The notes beneath the pieces were generated by a model. That model had not been told where the DNA came from. It worked only from the letters and a program-made list of their open reading frames with translations, and made no database searches. The position numbers and the translations under genes are program-made. A DNA stretch of 63,203 nt, counting the filler. It is 6 parts of 6 records of this genome, joined end to end, with 100 filler letters (N's around TTAATTAATTAA, not from the genome) between each part and the next. Parts side by side here need not be neighbours in the genome. Positions count along the whole stretch, not along the records: positions 33,395 to 40,226 come from SRR31156797_13925; positions 40,327 to 48,531 come from SRR31156797_13954; 4 more parts are not named here. One strand, 5' to 3'. Below are positions 36,423 to 46,257 of the stretch, one piece after another; position 1 is the stretch's first letter, and every line of letters starts with the position of its first letter.

Positions 36423-38064
36423 TCGCGCCTCCCATTAACTGTCCTACAACCTCATCCCGGTCTCCGAACCGGACCTGTTGTCCTTGTTGGAGTACTAAGA
36501 CTTTATCCACGGTATATAAAAGGTTTGGCTTATGTGTAATCATAATTGTTGTGGCACCCATTTGTTTAAGGTTTTGTAATGCCTTGATCAAGGCTTGCTC
36601 CCCTGCCTCATCCAGGTTGGAATTGGGCTCATCCAGAATCACCAGTTTAGGGGTGCCGTAAAAGGCACGGGCAAGGCCCACTCTCTGGCGCTGTCCACCG
36701 GAAAGGCTTCGGCCCGCCTCCCCGATATCGGTATCATACCCTTGAGGAAAAGTTAAAATCATCTCATGGGCACAGGCGCTGTGTGCGGCCTGGAGTATCT
36801 TTTCCCCGTCGGCCTCCCCCATTCTGGCGATATTATCTTTTACACTGCCGGCAAACAGCTCCACATTCTGGGGCAGATACCCCAAATATTGCCCGAGATC
36901 ATCATTATCCAGCTCAAATACATTTTTGCCGTCCAGTTCCACCACGCCGCTGTCAGGTTCCCACATCCCTAAAATCATCCGGCACAATGTGGTTTTACCG
37001 GCACCATTGGGTCCGACCAGTCCCATAGCTTCCCCGGGCTTCAACCCAAAATCGATATGACTGAGCACCTGGGTTTCGTTTATGGAAAGGCTGATATCCG
37101 CCACATCCAGCGCCCCGGTTATTTCACCAAGGGTTTGCAACTTTTGTTCAGGCTTTTTTAACAACATGGCTAAATCATCATAAGCTTTTCTGGCTTCGGA
37201 TGTCTGCTTCCAGGCGGCAATGGCCTGATTCACCGGTGCCAGCGCCCTGCCCATTATAATTGACGCGGCAATGATAACGCCCGGGTTACTCTCGTTGGCC
37301 AGCACAAGGATCGCACCGACCCCATATATGATAACCTGCATGAGAATCCCAAAACTCTGGCTGATTGCCCCCAAGATATGTCTTACATTACCGGTTTTGT
37401 CGTGGATCTGAATTTCCTGGTCATTTATTTGGCAATACCTGGCACCCGCATTGCCGGTCATCCCCATGCATTGAAGCTCCCGGGCCGTTCTAAAGCTGGC
37501 TGCGACCCATTGCTGTCCTTGATTCTTCAACATTGTCGCCTCGACCGTACCTTTCTGAGTCAGGCCCGACTGCAGCAGCCCAATAACGAAAATGACAACC
37601 GCACCGCCTGTGGCTGTCAGGCCAAGCAGGGGATGCACAAGGTAAATCACCCACAGATAAATAAATATCCAGGGCAGATCAAAAAAAGCAAAAATGGAGT
37701 TGCCGCCCAGGTAATTTCGCAGGGTATTAATATCGTTGAGTCCCTTGGTGTACCGGGCGCTGTCGGCACGGCACAGATCCTTGAGCATTGCCTTGAGTAC
37801 CCGGCGGCTCAAAAGCTTGTCCAGCTTAATCCCAGCCCGTACAAGGAGGCGGGACCTGCAGAACTCAAGCAGTCCTAAAGTCACAAGAGCAGTTAAAGCA
37901 ATGGCCGTTATGGCATAAAGCGTGGGCATGCTGTAATTGGCCAGAACATTGCCGTAAACCGCCAGCATGTATAAAGAAAAAGTCAAATTCAGGGTGTTGA
38001 TAAATATGGAGAAAAACCCTGCAAACACAAAATATTTAAAACAGGAGCGCAGATACCTAATCAT
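36406..38064 (-). CDS. Type I secretion ABC transporter, PrtD family
   Basis: FFDLPW, ASIIMGRALAP, GPNGAGKT, GYLPQ, LSGGQRQ, LDEPNSNLD, ITHKP. Confidence 0.92.
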   Translation of the reverse strand: MIRYLRSCFKYFVFAGFFSIFINTLNLTFSLYMLAVYGNVLANYSMPTLYAITAIALTALVTLGLLEFCRSRLLVRAGIKLDKLLSRRVLKAMLKDLCRADSARYTKGLNDINTLRNYLGGNSIFAFFDLPWIFIYLWVIYLVHPLLGLTATGGAVVIFVIGLLQSGLTQKGTVEATMLKNQGQQWVAASFRTARELQCMGMTGNAGARYCQINDQEIQIHDKTGNVRHILGAISQSFGILMQVIIYGVGAILVLANESNPGVIIAASIIMGRALAPVNQAIAAWKQTSEARKAYDDLAMLLKKPEQKLQTLGEITGALDVADISLSINETQVLSHIDFGLKPGEAMGLVGPNGAGKTTLCRMILGMWEPDSGVVELDGKNVFELDNDDLGQYLGYLPQNVELFAGSVKDNIARMGEADGEKILQAAHSACAHEMILTFPQGYDTDIGEAGRSLSGGQRQRVGLARAFYGTPKLVILDEPNSNLDEAGEQALIKALQNLKQMGATTIMITHKPNLLYTVDKVLVLQQGQQVRFGDRDEVVGQLMGGANANDK

Positions 38065-39725
38065 TGGGCCACCCGTTTTGCGGATAGTTTTTCAAACACC
38101 GTATCCTTTGGGCCGAACATGGCAACCTGTCCGTTGTTCATGACCAGCATCTTGTCCATGGCGTGCAGCAGTTGGGGTTTATGGGAGACCATGATGCAGG
38201 TACAGCTCCGGCGCTCTTTTATGTCCACAAGTATATTGACCAGCAACTGCTCTCCTTGTTCATCTAGATTGGAGGTGGGTTCATCAAGAACAAGGAGCCG
38301 GGGCCGTCCATAAAGGGCCCTGGCAAGGCCGACCATCTGTTTTTGTCCGCCGGAGAGCCGAATTCCCTGGTCTCCTTCAAGCTGGGTTAACAGCCCTTCG
38401 GGCAAACTGTCTACCAGGCCTTGTATGCCGCAGGTTTGTACGGCCATATCAACCATATCCAGGTCCACGTGGCCAAGCCTTGCGATATTTTGGGCCACAG
38501 TTCCCGGGAACAACTCAATCTCCTGGGGCAGATACCCGATGTAGGGCCCGACTTCCTCCTTGTCCCAGGAAAAAATATCTTTCCCGTCCAGATAGACCTT
38601 GCCGCCAAAGGCAGGCAAAATACCCAGAAGCAGGCCGCACAAGGTCGTTTTGCCGGCGCCGTTGGGTCCGATAACCCCTAGAAGTTCTCCTGCAGGCAGT
38701 TCAAAGGAGACTGCTTTGAGCAATGATCGATTGGGGATTCGATAACCTGCACCGGCAGCACTGACGTGGCCTTTGGGTGCCGGCAGCGGCATGTCGGAAC
38801 TCTGTTTTTCAAGCATGGCTGAAAAGCCGCTTAACCGCAGGTAGGATTCCTTTGCCGCGGCTGTCATGCGCCAGGAGGACATGAACTGCATCAAAGGCGC
38901 AAATCCGCGCCCCATGATAATGGACCCTGCCACCATAAGCCCGACATCAAACCCGTCTTTTATGGCATAAATAGCGCCAAAACAATAAATTAAAACCTGA
39001 ACCACGTTCTGCAGGGGCTTGATCATGGACTGAATGGTGCCGGCATAATAACTTGCTTTTGTCTGATTTATCATCACCAGGTCATTTTTCTCAACAAATC
39101 TGTCGGAGATATCCCCGATCATCCCCATCCCATTTATCACTTCAGCATTTCTCATAAAAGAGTCCACAAAACGGTGGCTCTTGACATTCAATTGGCTAGC
39201 CTCTTTCATGCTCTTTCGGATAAGCACTTCCTGCAATATGCTCAATCCGACCATGACAAGGGCGCCTGACGTTGCAATAATGCCCAACACCGGGTGAAAC
39301 AGATAAACAAGGGCCAGGTAAAAAGGCGCCCATGGCGCATCAAACAGCGCATAGATAGCCGGCGTTGAAAAATAATTGCGCAGCACTTCAAGATCATTCA
39401 AGCCGGCCTGATAAGCGTGTTGACCGCCCAGCACGGATCCTTTAATCATGCCCGAATAAACTTGTTCCCTCAATCGAAGACTTAAATCCTGGCCTGCCAG
39501 GGCTAAAAGCCTGGACCGCAGATATGAAAAACACGCGAGAATCGCTACGGCCATAAAAGCCACCACCGTAATGTTTTTTAAAGACAGCGGGCTGTAGGAA
39601 ATAATAATATTGCCGTATATGGTGAACATATAAAAAGGAAAGGTTAATTGAAGAATATTCACAAAACAGCTTAAAAGCGCGGCAAAGGTGAAATACTTTT
39701 TCCATTTTTTTAAGAAGGCAGTCAT
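38061..39725 (-). CDS. Type I secretion ABC transporter, PrtD family
   Basis: LFDAPW, GSIIMGR, GPNGAGKT, GYLPQ, LSGGQKQ, LDEPTSNLD, VSHKP. Confidence 0.92.
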   Translation of the reverse strand: MTAFLKKWKKYFTFAALLSCFVNILQLTFPFYMFTIYGNIIISYSPLSLKNITVVAFMAVAILACFSYLRSRLLALAGQDLSLRLREQVYSGMIKGSVLGGQHAYQAGLNDLEVLRNYFSTPAIYALFDAPWAPFYLALVYLFHPVLGIIATSGALVMVGLSILQEVLIRKSMKEASQLNVKSHRFVDSFMRNAEVINGMGMIGDISDRFVEKNDLVMINQTKASYYAGTIQSMIKPLQNVVQVLIYCFGAIYAIKDGFDVGLMVAGSIIMGRGFAPLMQFMSSWRMTAAAKESYLRLSGFSAMLEKQSSDMPLPAPKGHVSAAGAGYRIPNRSLLKAVSFELPAGELLGVIGPNGAGKTTLCGLLLGILPAFGGKVYLDGKDIFSWDKEEVGPYIGYLPQEIELFPGTVAQNIARLGHVDLDMVDMAVQTCGIQGLVDSLPEGLLTQLEGDQGIRLSGGQKQMVGLARALYGRPRLLVLDEPTSNLDEQGEQLLVNILVDIKERRSCTCIMVSHKPQLLHAMDKMLVMNNGQVAMFGPKDTVFEKLSAKRVAQ

Positions 39726-39728
39726 GGG

Positions 39729-39953
39729 TTAAATTTGATTCCTGCCCCCATCAATACCCACACCCTCAAAACCGTTTGCATCAATCTCTTGACTTGTCCA
39801 CAGTGCAGGATCTTTTTCAGCAGATGCATCCTTTTTTGTTGTACCGGTGGATTCTAAAGAATCAAACAGGACATAGATACCCAACAACACCACAGGACCC
39901 AAAATGAGATAAAGCAACATAACATCAATGGCGATCAACGGTCCGGTACCCAC
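39729..39953 (-). CDS. Small single-TM protein at the head of the T1SS operon
   Basis: GTG at 39953 with AAGGAG RBS; 74 aa, MGTGPLIAIDVMLLYLILGPVVLLGIYVLFDS plus an acidic tail; stop lies 3 nt before the first ABC gene. Confidence 0.6.
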   Translation of the reverse strand: MGTGPLIAIDVMLLYLILGPVVLLGIYVLFDSLESTGTTKKDASAEKDPALWTSQEIDANGFEGVGIDGGRNQI

Positions 39954-40081
39954 GAGACTTTCTCCTTTTAGAAACAGCTTGAATCTGTTTTTTTGTGTCG
40001 TTCGGATCAAGCGAAAGAGTTTAATACAATTTTGCAAAAAGTCAATGATGACGGCGATCCAACCGCAATTCTAATTTTATT

Positions 40082-40156
40082 CCCGCACAAAGACACCAAG
40101 GCACAAAGTGTCATAAAACACAATATAATTTTTGTGCCTTGGTGTCTTTGTGCGGG
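40082..40156. repeat. Perfect 26-bp inverted repeat (REP/REPIN-like element)
   Basis: CCCGCACAAAGACACCAAGGCACAAA-N23-TTTGTGCCTTGGTGTCTTTGTGCGGG. Confidence 0.8.
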
Positions 40157-40226
40157 TTTTTTAACGAATTAAGATTCATATTTAAAATTGCCCGACCCAA
40201 AAACAACTTGCAATTTTCCCATGTTT

Positions 40227-40326
40227 NNNNNNNNNNNNNNNNNNNNNNNNNNNNNNNNNNNNNNNNNNNNTTAATTAATTAANNNNNNNNNNNNNNNNNN
40301 NNNNNNNNNNNNNNNNNNNNNNNNNN
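40227..40326. other. Artificial contig linker
   Basis: 44 N + TTAATTAATTAA + 44 N. Confidence 0.98.
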
Positions 40327-40327
40327 T

Positions 40328-40807
40328 AATGACAATGAACCCAAGACCGGCAGTTTCTTTGGAACCGAATTGAACTACGAGGATATGGAATCCTATAATA
40401 TAGATGATTACACCTACAAACTGCTTGGCAGCGAAACGTACAGGAAAAGAGCGTGCTGGGTCATCGAGGCGGATCCCGTGATGCGAAAGGCCGTCAAGAG
40501 CAATTACAGCCGTGAAATCTACTGGGTGGACAAGGACCGGGACATGATACTGAAATCCGTGCTGTTCAACCGGAACGGGAAAAAATGTAAAAAGATCTAT
40601 AACGGAAACATTCAAAGGATCGACGGCATCCTTGTTCCCATGAAGATCGTTGTGAACAACATTGAAGCGAAGAGACGCACCACCATGATGTTTGAAAAAA
40701 TCATTCTCAACAGGGCGGTGGAGGACGACTATCTGACCCAGAGAACCTTGACCGATAAGGGATTCAGGGAACGAAAGCTCAAAGCGTACCAGAAAACGAT
40801 GATGTGA
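40328..40807 (+). CDS. Outer-membrane lipoprotein-sorting (LolA-like) protein, 5'-truncated
   Basis: GSFFGTELNYEDM, CWVIEADP, YSREIYWVDK, GKKCKK; frame open to the contig edge. Confidence 0.75.
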   Translation, partial: NDNEPKTGSFFGTELNYEDMESYNIDDYTYKLLGSETYRKRACWVIEADPVMRKAVKSNYSREIYWVDKDRDMILKSVLFNRNGKKCKKIYNGNIQRIDGILVPMKIVVNNIEAKRRTTMMFEKIILNRAVEDDYLTQRTLTDKGFRERKLKAYQKTMM

Positions 40808-40839
40808 TGGCCGGTGGAAATTATTACTCCTGAAGACAG

Positions 40840-42234
40840 ATGGTGGTGACGATTTTGAGCTCAATGATATCAAAAGTGGATTTACTGGTTCTTGTTATCG
40901 CTGCGATGTTGATTCTTTGCCCCGGCTATGCTCCGTCAGCCGAGACCTTTGGCCCCATGGACGATTTGAACCCGGCCGAGGCTTTTGATGAGGATGAGGA
41001 AGCATTTGAAGAGGATGTATTTGAGGAGGAGGGTGAGATCACCGGAATGGATGGGGGCTCCGGGTTAAGGGATTTTACATTTACCTTTGCCCATGAATTG
41101 TCCTGGGCAACCCGGGAGCCCGACCCCGGGATCGTCACAAACAGGTCCTCCCTGAGGTGCGAGTTTGATAAATCTTTTTGGGATAATCTTTTTATCAAAT
41201 TCGACGGTAAGGCCTCCCTGTATTATGAAAACGACCATGTTGCCGAGGCCGGGGGCAAGGATGCCGACGTGGATGAAGAGATAAGGGAGTTCTATCTCCA
41301 GGCCGGGTTTGACAGGTTCATGGTCCGGGCCGGCAAGCAGGTGGTTGTCTGGGGGGAAACCGACGGGGGGGTGATCAATGACGTTGTCTCCCCACGGGAT
41401 GAGTCGGAATTTGTTTTCATGGATCTCGAGGAGTCCCGGCTGGGCCAGTATATGGCGTCACTGGATCTTTATTCCGATTATGGTGATTTCCTGGCCTTTG
41501 TGGCGTTCAAACCCGGTTTCAACGAGACCCCGGACAGGGGAACACGATATTACAGGGATTTTGGCGAAACGGTGGTAACGGAAAAGAAGACCGATTTCTC
41601 CGATCTGGAGGCGGGGCTCAAATGGAAGAAAATCTACGATAAATTTGAGATTTCGTTGATGGCGGCGTCGCTGCGCCAGAACGCGGGCGTGCTGGAGCAT
41701 GATTTCGGCAATGTGTACAATAAGGTTCATGAACGATACGGGTTCTATGCCGTTGGGGCAAGTTATACCATTGGCAGTTATCTGTTCAAGGTCGATGCGT
41801 CTTTTAAACATGATTATGCCCTTCAGTCCATAGAAAACGAGTATCAATTGGGAAAGAAGGAATATGATATATCGGATGCCGCGTTTGCCGTCGAATATGA
41901 TGCAAATGGACGATACACGCTTAATTTTGAACTGACCAACCGCCATGTGTTCGATTATTCCAGCGATCTGTGGGGCACGGAAAGGAATAATACCGGCCTT
42001 TATTTTCAATATAACAAAAAGTTTTTGAATGACACTTTAGAATTTGAATATGTTTTATATCACCAGTTCCAGGAGAACAACTCCTTTCACAAGACAGAGC
42101 TTGAATACAGCATCTCCGATGATATTGAGCTGACAATCGAGTATGTATTCTTTCAAACGCGAGATGCCGACGGTTCCTTGTGGCACTACCGAAATGAGGA
42201 CCGGATCGGTGCGGAGATAAAAATATACTACTGA
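40840..42234 (+). CDS. Putative outer-membrane beta-barrel protein (DUF1302-like)
   Basis: Signal peptide, IREFYL, RAGKQVVVWGETD, aromatic C-terminus (KIYY); follows the LolA-like gene. Confidence 0.65.
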   Translation: MVVTILSSMISKVDLLVLVIAAMLILCPGYAPSAETFGPMDDLNPAEAFDEDEEAFEEDVFEEEGEITGMDGGSGLRDFTFTFAHELSWATREPDPGIVTNRSSLRCEFDKSFWDNLFIKFDGKASLYYENDHVAEAGGKDADVDEEIREFYLQAGFDRFMVRAGKQVVVWGETDGGVINDVVSPRDESEFVFMDLEESRLGQYMASLDLYSDYGDFLAFVAFKPGFNETPDRGTRYYRDFGETVVTEKKTDFSDLEAGLKWKKIYDKFEISLMAASLRQNAGVLEHDFGNVYNKVHERYGFYAVGASYTIGSYLFKVDASFKHDYALQSIENEYQLGKKEYDISDAAFAVEYDANGRYTLNFELTNRHVFDYSSDLWGTERNNTGLYFQYNKKFLNDTLEFEYVLYHQFQENNSFHKTELEYSISDDIELTIEYVFFQTRDADGSLWHYRNEDRIGAEIKIYY

Positions 42235-42681
42235 ATTAACTATTCTTTTTTGTGAGTGCGGGGCGGGCTGATTGCCCCTGCCTGCAATGATTCCGGCCCC
42301 CCGAAAGGGGGGTGCGGATATTTTTTTTAGGAAAAAATCAAATATCCCTTGCACCTTAGTAAAACACAGGATATAAAATGCAAATGCAAGAATAGATATG
42401 TCGGCATACGGCATTGTTCAACAAGGTTATCTTTGATAATACCGCTTTTCAAAATGACTCGTTCAGTATCGTCGGAGTCTCTTTTCCGTAAAACGGCGAG
42501 CCGGACAACGGGGAGCATTTAAAGATCAGAACCGCCCGGGAGCAGGCGAAGGACAAATTCACCGGTTTTCAAAGCAAGGCAACTCTTTTTCACGCTTGAG
42601 CGCTGGGTCAATTGAAGAGCATGATGATATTCCAGTAAGATGTCCCAGGAAACAGGAAGAATTGTTTGAGGAGGAAGAATC

Positions 42682-42957
42682 ATGAGTAGTCTCCCAAAAT
42701 ACATCAACAAGAGAAAAAAAAGTGGTTCTGCATTTGGGGGGAGTTTCGACACTGGGTGTAACCAATTTAAAATCGGAGTGGTGTTGAAGCAGGCACGCGA
42801 AGAGGCCGGGCTGACCCAGGCGGAACTGGCTTCCCGCCTGAATACGAAAAAGTCCGCGATTTCAAGGATCGAAAACCATGCAGAGGATATAAAACTGTCA
42901 ACATTGGGAAAAATTGCGAGCGCTCTGGGTAAGAAGCTCCGATTGGAAGTCGCCTAG
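42682..42957 (+). CDS. XRE-family HTH protein (HigA-like antitoxin)
   Basis: LKQAREEAGLTQAELASRLNTKKSAISRIEN, IKLSTL; GAGGAG RBS. Confidence 0.85.
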   Translation: MSSLPKYINKRKKSGSAFGGSFDTGCNQFKIGVVLKQAREEAGLTQAELASRLNTKKSAISRIENHAEDIKLSTLGKIASALGKKLRLEVA

Positions 42958-43005
42958 GACAAAATAGCAGGAGAAGATGAAGAAGCTGTCATAGGGGAGA
43001 CCACC

Positions 43006-43476
43006 ATGACCCCGAGGGTTGCCGGAACAACTGTTCCCGGGGGCGGACGGGCCGCTTTACTCTTGTTCGCCTTCATCATTGTTTTGACCTGTTGTGACGA
43101 TGCCGTTACCGGGCAAGGGGCTCCGGAAGCGTTGGTGTCAACGGCCTCGCCCCAGAGGATCACGATCATCACGGCCCCGGATATTCTGGCCGATTACCGG
43201 ACCTTTACGGAAAACAGGGATGTGCTCAGAATTACTCATTTCGCGGGAGCGGGCGCCCGGCGAGATGTGGTGGAGGTCGTGCTGATTCGTCAGGCCCTTT
43301 GGGAAGGCGGCATGACAAATGAGGTGGCGTTTGTCACGGCCGGCACCTACCTGCGAATTATCGAGGAGATCACCTCGGGAATGGTGACCATGTCGGGCAA
43401 CTCCATGTGGCTCAGCGACCTTTTTTTCAATGACCGTGTTGCCCCGTGGAAACAGCTGAATTGCGGCCAATACTGA
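43006..43476 (+). pseudogene. Probably truncated periplasmic substrate-binding-like protein
   Basis: Signal/lipoprotein-like N-terminus, RRDVVEVVLIRQAL; ends abruptly next to a frameshifted signalling gene. Confidence 0.4.
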
Positions 43477-43504
43477 AGACGTGGTTTGATTGCCAGGAGC
43501 TCCC

Positions 43505-45103
43505 ATGAACATTGGAAACAAATTCCGTAACCGCCTGTCATTCCGGTTCGGAAAACGGTCCATTTCAAGTGAGCTCACATTCTGCCTGCTGCTTCTCATG
43601 ATCATTGTCCAGGCCCTCACCTTCGGGGTCTTTTACCATAAGCACACCCGGTTTCTTCAGGCCTTTCTTGAAAAAAAAGCGGACAGCTATGTGACGAATT
43701 TCACGGAAGTGCTTTCCACCCCGGTCTGGTCCATCGATTATGAACAGGTTGAGCGGATTGGCACCATATTTATTCAGAACGATCTTATCCATGAAATACG
43801 GATTTTTGATTCAAAGAATACTCTTTTGTTTGCATCGGCAAAAGAGACAGGGGGGGGCAGACAGGTCAAAAGGCACGGAAAGATCATGCATGGGCGGCGG
43901 GTGGTTGGCCGGGCCGAGCTGTCCATCTCCATATCCGAATTGAAAAACAGGCAACTGGCCATATTTCACAACACCAATTTTTTATTTCCGCCGTATCGCT
44001 GATTGTCATCCTGGCTGCAACGGGATTCCTGATGCGCATCTTCATGCATGCCCCGCTGGACCGGCTGACCGGGATCTCCAGGGATGCTGTGGGTAAAATC
44101 GGACGACGGGGGGGGGGCAGGTTCTTCGGGTGGGAGCATGTCCGCTGGAAAATGCTGTACGAAGGAGATCAACAACCCTGTGACATGGAAAACTGGCCCA
44201 TGATGAGGGTCGCCAAGGACCGTGAAATCCTGGAAAACCTGGAACTTGTTTACTGGCACGGCACCAACGGGAAACGGGATGTGCTGTTCAACGGAAAACC
44301 GGTGTATGACCATCAGGGAAACATGCTTGCGGGCATCGGCATGTGCCAGGATATCACCGAAACCAAAAAGAACCGGGAACAGATACTCCGACTCAACCGC
44401 GATCTGGAGAAAAAAGTCATTGAGCGGACCAACGCGCTGCAAAGCGCTGTTGAACAGCTGCGCCGGAACGAAGCCGTCCTGCGTGAAAGCAGGGAACGAT
44501 ATAAATCCATCATCGAAAGTATCGAGGAAGGGTACATGGAAGTGGACATGACGGGCCGTCGGGTTCCGGGGCATTGTCCGGGATATCGAACTGCGAAAGA
44601 AGCAGGAGGAAAAGCTGATTTACCTTGCCTACCATGACGCCCTGACCGGATTGCACAACCGGAAGGCCTTTTATGAGCATCTGGCGTCCACCCTGAGCCA
44701 GGCCGCCCGGTATGGCACCCAGGTCACCCTTTTATATATGGATATCGATAATTTCAAGACCGTCAACGATACACTGGGGCATGAGGCGGGTGACCAGCTA
44801 CTTCAGGAAATATCGCGACGGCTGAAAGCCTGCCTGCGGAAAACCGATTTCCTGGCCAGAATCGGTGGCGATGAGTTCACCCTGATCGTGGAGAATCCCC
44901 AGGAGTTGAACCTGGACGTTTTTGCCGGCAAGATCGTCAAAACCATTTCAGCCCCATACACCATCAAAGGCACTGCCGTGGATTATATCTCGTCAAGCAT
45001 TGGCATCAGTATCTTCCCAAGGGATGCCCGGGATGCCGATGCCCTGATCGAAAAGGCCGATGCGGCCATGTACAGAGCCAAAAACGGTAAACCCCGCGCC
45101 TGA
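43505..45103 (+). pseudogene. Frameshifted membrane-bound PAS/GGDEF diguanylate cyclase
   Basis: Three ORF pieces (43505-44002, 44032-44637, 44651-45103). The second TM (ISAVSLIVILAATGFLMRIF) and GFRGIVRD...YHDALTGLHNRK lie in shifted frames. GGDEF motif is intact. Confidence 0.78.
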
Positions 45104-45279
45104 CTTTCCTACGCCGCGATCGTGAATCCCCTCGTCCCATCTCCACTGCCTTTTCGCCTGTTGCATAGGGCCCGTCCGGCTGGGGAAGGGCGGTGTTATC
45201 TGTTGCAAAGGGACCGGATTTTCTGTACTACTATGTGAATCACAATATGACTGAAACATAAACCAAAGGAGTGGATACC

Positions 45280-46197
45280 ATGAGACTGTTAACCCGTTCG
45301 GATTTTGACGGCCTGGGATGTGCCGCACTGCTTAAGGAAAAAGGGATTATTGATGATATCAAATTCGTTCATCCCAAGGATATCCAGGATGGAAAGATTG
45401 ACGTGGATGGTAATGATATCCTTGCCAATATCCCCTATGTCAAAGGATGCGGCCTCTGGTTCGATCATCATTCCAGTGAAACGGAGCGGCAGGCCTATGG
45501 GGAGTTCAAGGGCAAGAGCGAACCTTCCGCACTGAGTGCGGCCCGTGTGGTTTATGAGTATTACGGCGGAGAGAAGACATTTGACAATCCTCATATAAAT
45601 GATCTGATCCGGGCGGTGGATAAGGCGGACTCCGGTAATTTCTCGAATGATGAGATCCTCAACCCCAAGGGATGGGATCTGCTGTCCTTTGTCATGGATC
45701 CCAGGACCGGCCTTGGCCGCTACAAGGATTACCGCATCAGCAACTACAGCCTGATGATGGACATGATCGACTACTGCCGGAGCAAAACCGTTGAAGAGAT
45801 CCTGGAAATTGAGGATGTGAAGGAGCGGACCCGCCGCTATTTTGAGCAGGATGCCCTGTTTAAGGAGATGGCCCGGGCCAACACCACCATCCATGGTAAC
45901 GTGATCGTCATGGATTTGAGAAACCAGGAGGAGATCTACACCGGCAACCGGTTTGTGCTTTACAGCCTCTATCCGGACCAGAACGTCTCCATCCAGGTGA
46001 TGTGGGGATTTCAGCGCCAGAATATCGTCATGACTTGCGGCTACAGTATTGTGAACAGGAGCTGTACCGCTGATATCGGCTCCCTGATGCTGAAGCATGG
46101 CGGTGGGGGCCATAAAAAAGTGGGAACCTGCCAGATCGATGTGGACAGGGCGGACGAGGTCCTGGAACAGCTCATTGAACAGCTCAAGGATGCCTGA
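45280..46197 (+). CDS. DHH/DHHA1-family phosphoesterase (often annotated exopolyphosphatase)
   Basis: TRSDFDG, FDHH, GGGH; ATG 45280 with AGGAG RBS. Confidence 0.85.
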   Translation: MRLLTRSDFDGLGCAALLKEKGIIDDIKFVHPKDIQDGKIDVDGNDILANIPYVKGCGLWFDHHSSETERQAYGEFKGKSEPSALSAARVVYEYYGGEKTFDNPHINDLIRAVDKADSGNFSNDEILNPKGWDLLSFVMDPRTGLGRYKDYRISNYSLMMDMIDYCRSKTVEEILEIEDVKERTRRYFEQDALFKEMARANTTIHGNVIVMDLRNQEEIYTGNRFVLYSLYPDQNVSIQVMWGFQRQNIVMTCGYSIVNRSCTADIGSLMLKHGGGGHKKVGTCQIDVDRADEVLEQLIEQLKDA

Positions 46198-46210
46198 TTC
46201 CTTTGGAAAA

Positions 46211-46242
46211 CCTGCCCCGGCTTTTGGGAAGACCGGGGCAGG
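46211..46242. terminator. Hairpin between convergent genes
   Basis: CCTGCCCCGG-N12-CCGGGGCAGG. Confidence 0.5.
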
Positions 46243-46257
46243 GCGCAAAGACGCATA

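Noticed and set aside
28613-40156. RAYT as the mobiliser of the 26-bp palindrome
   Set aside because: Different contigs, and no sequence similarity between the RAYT flanks and the palindrome.
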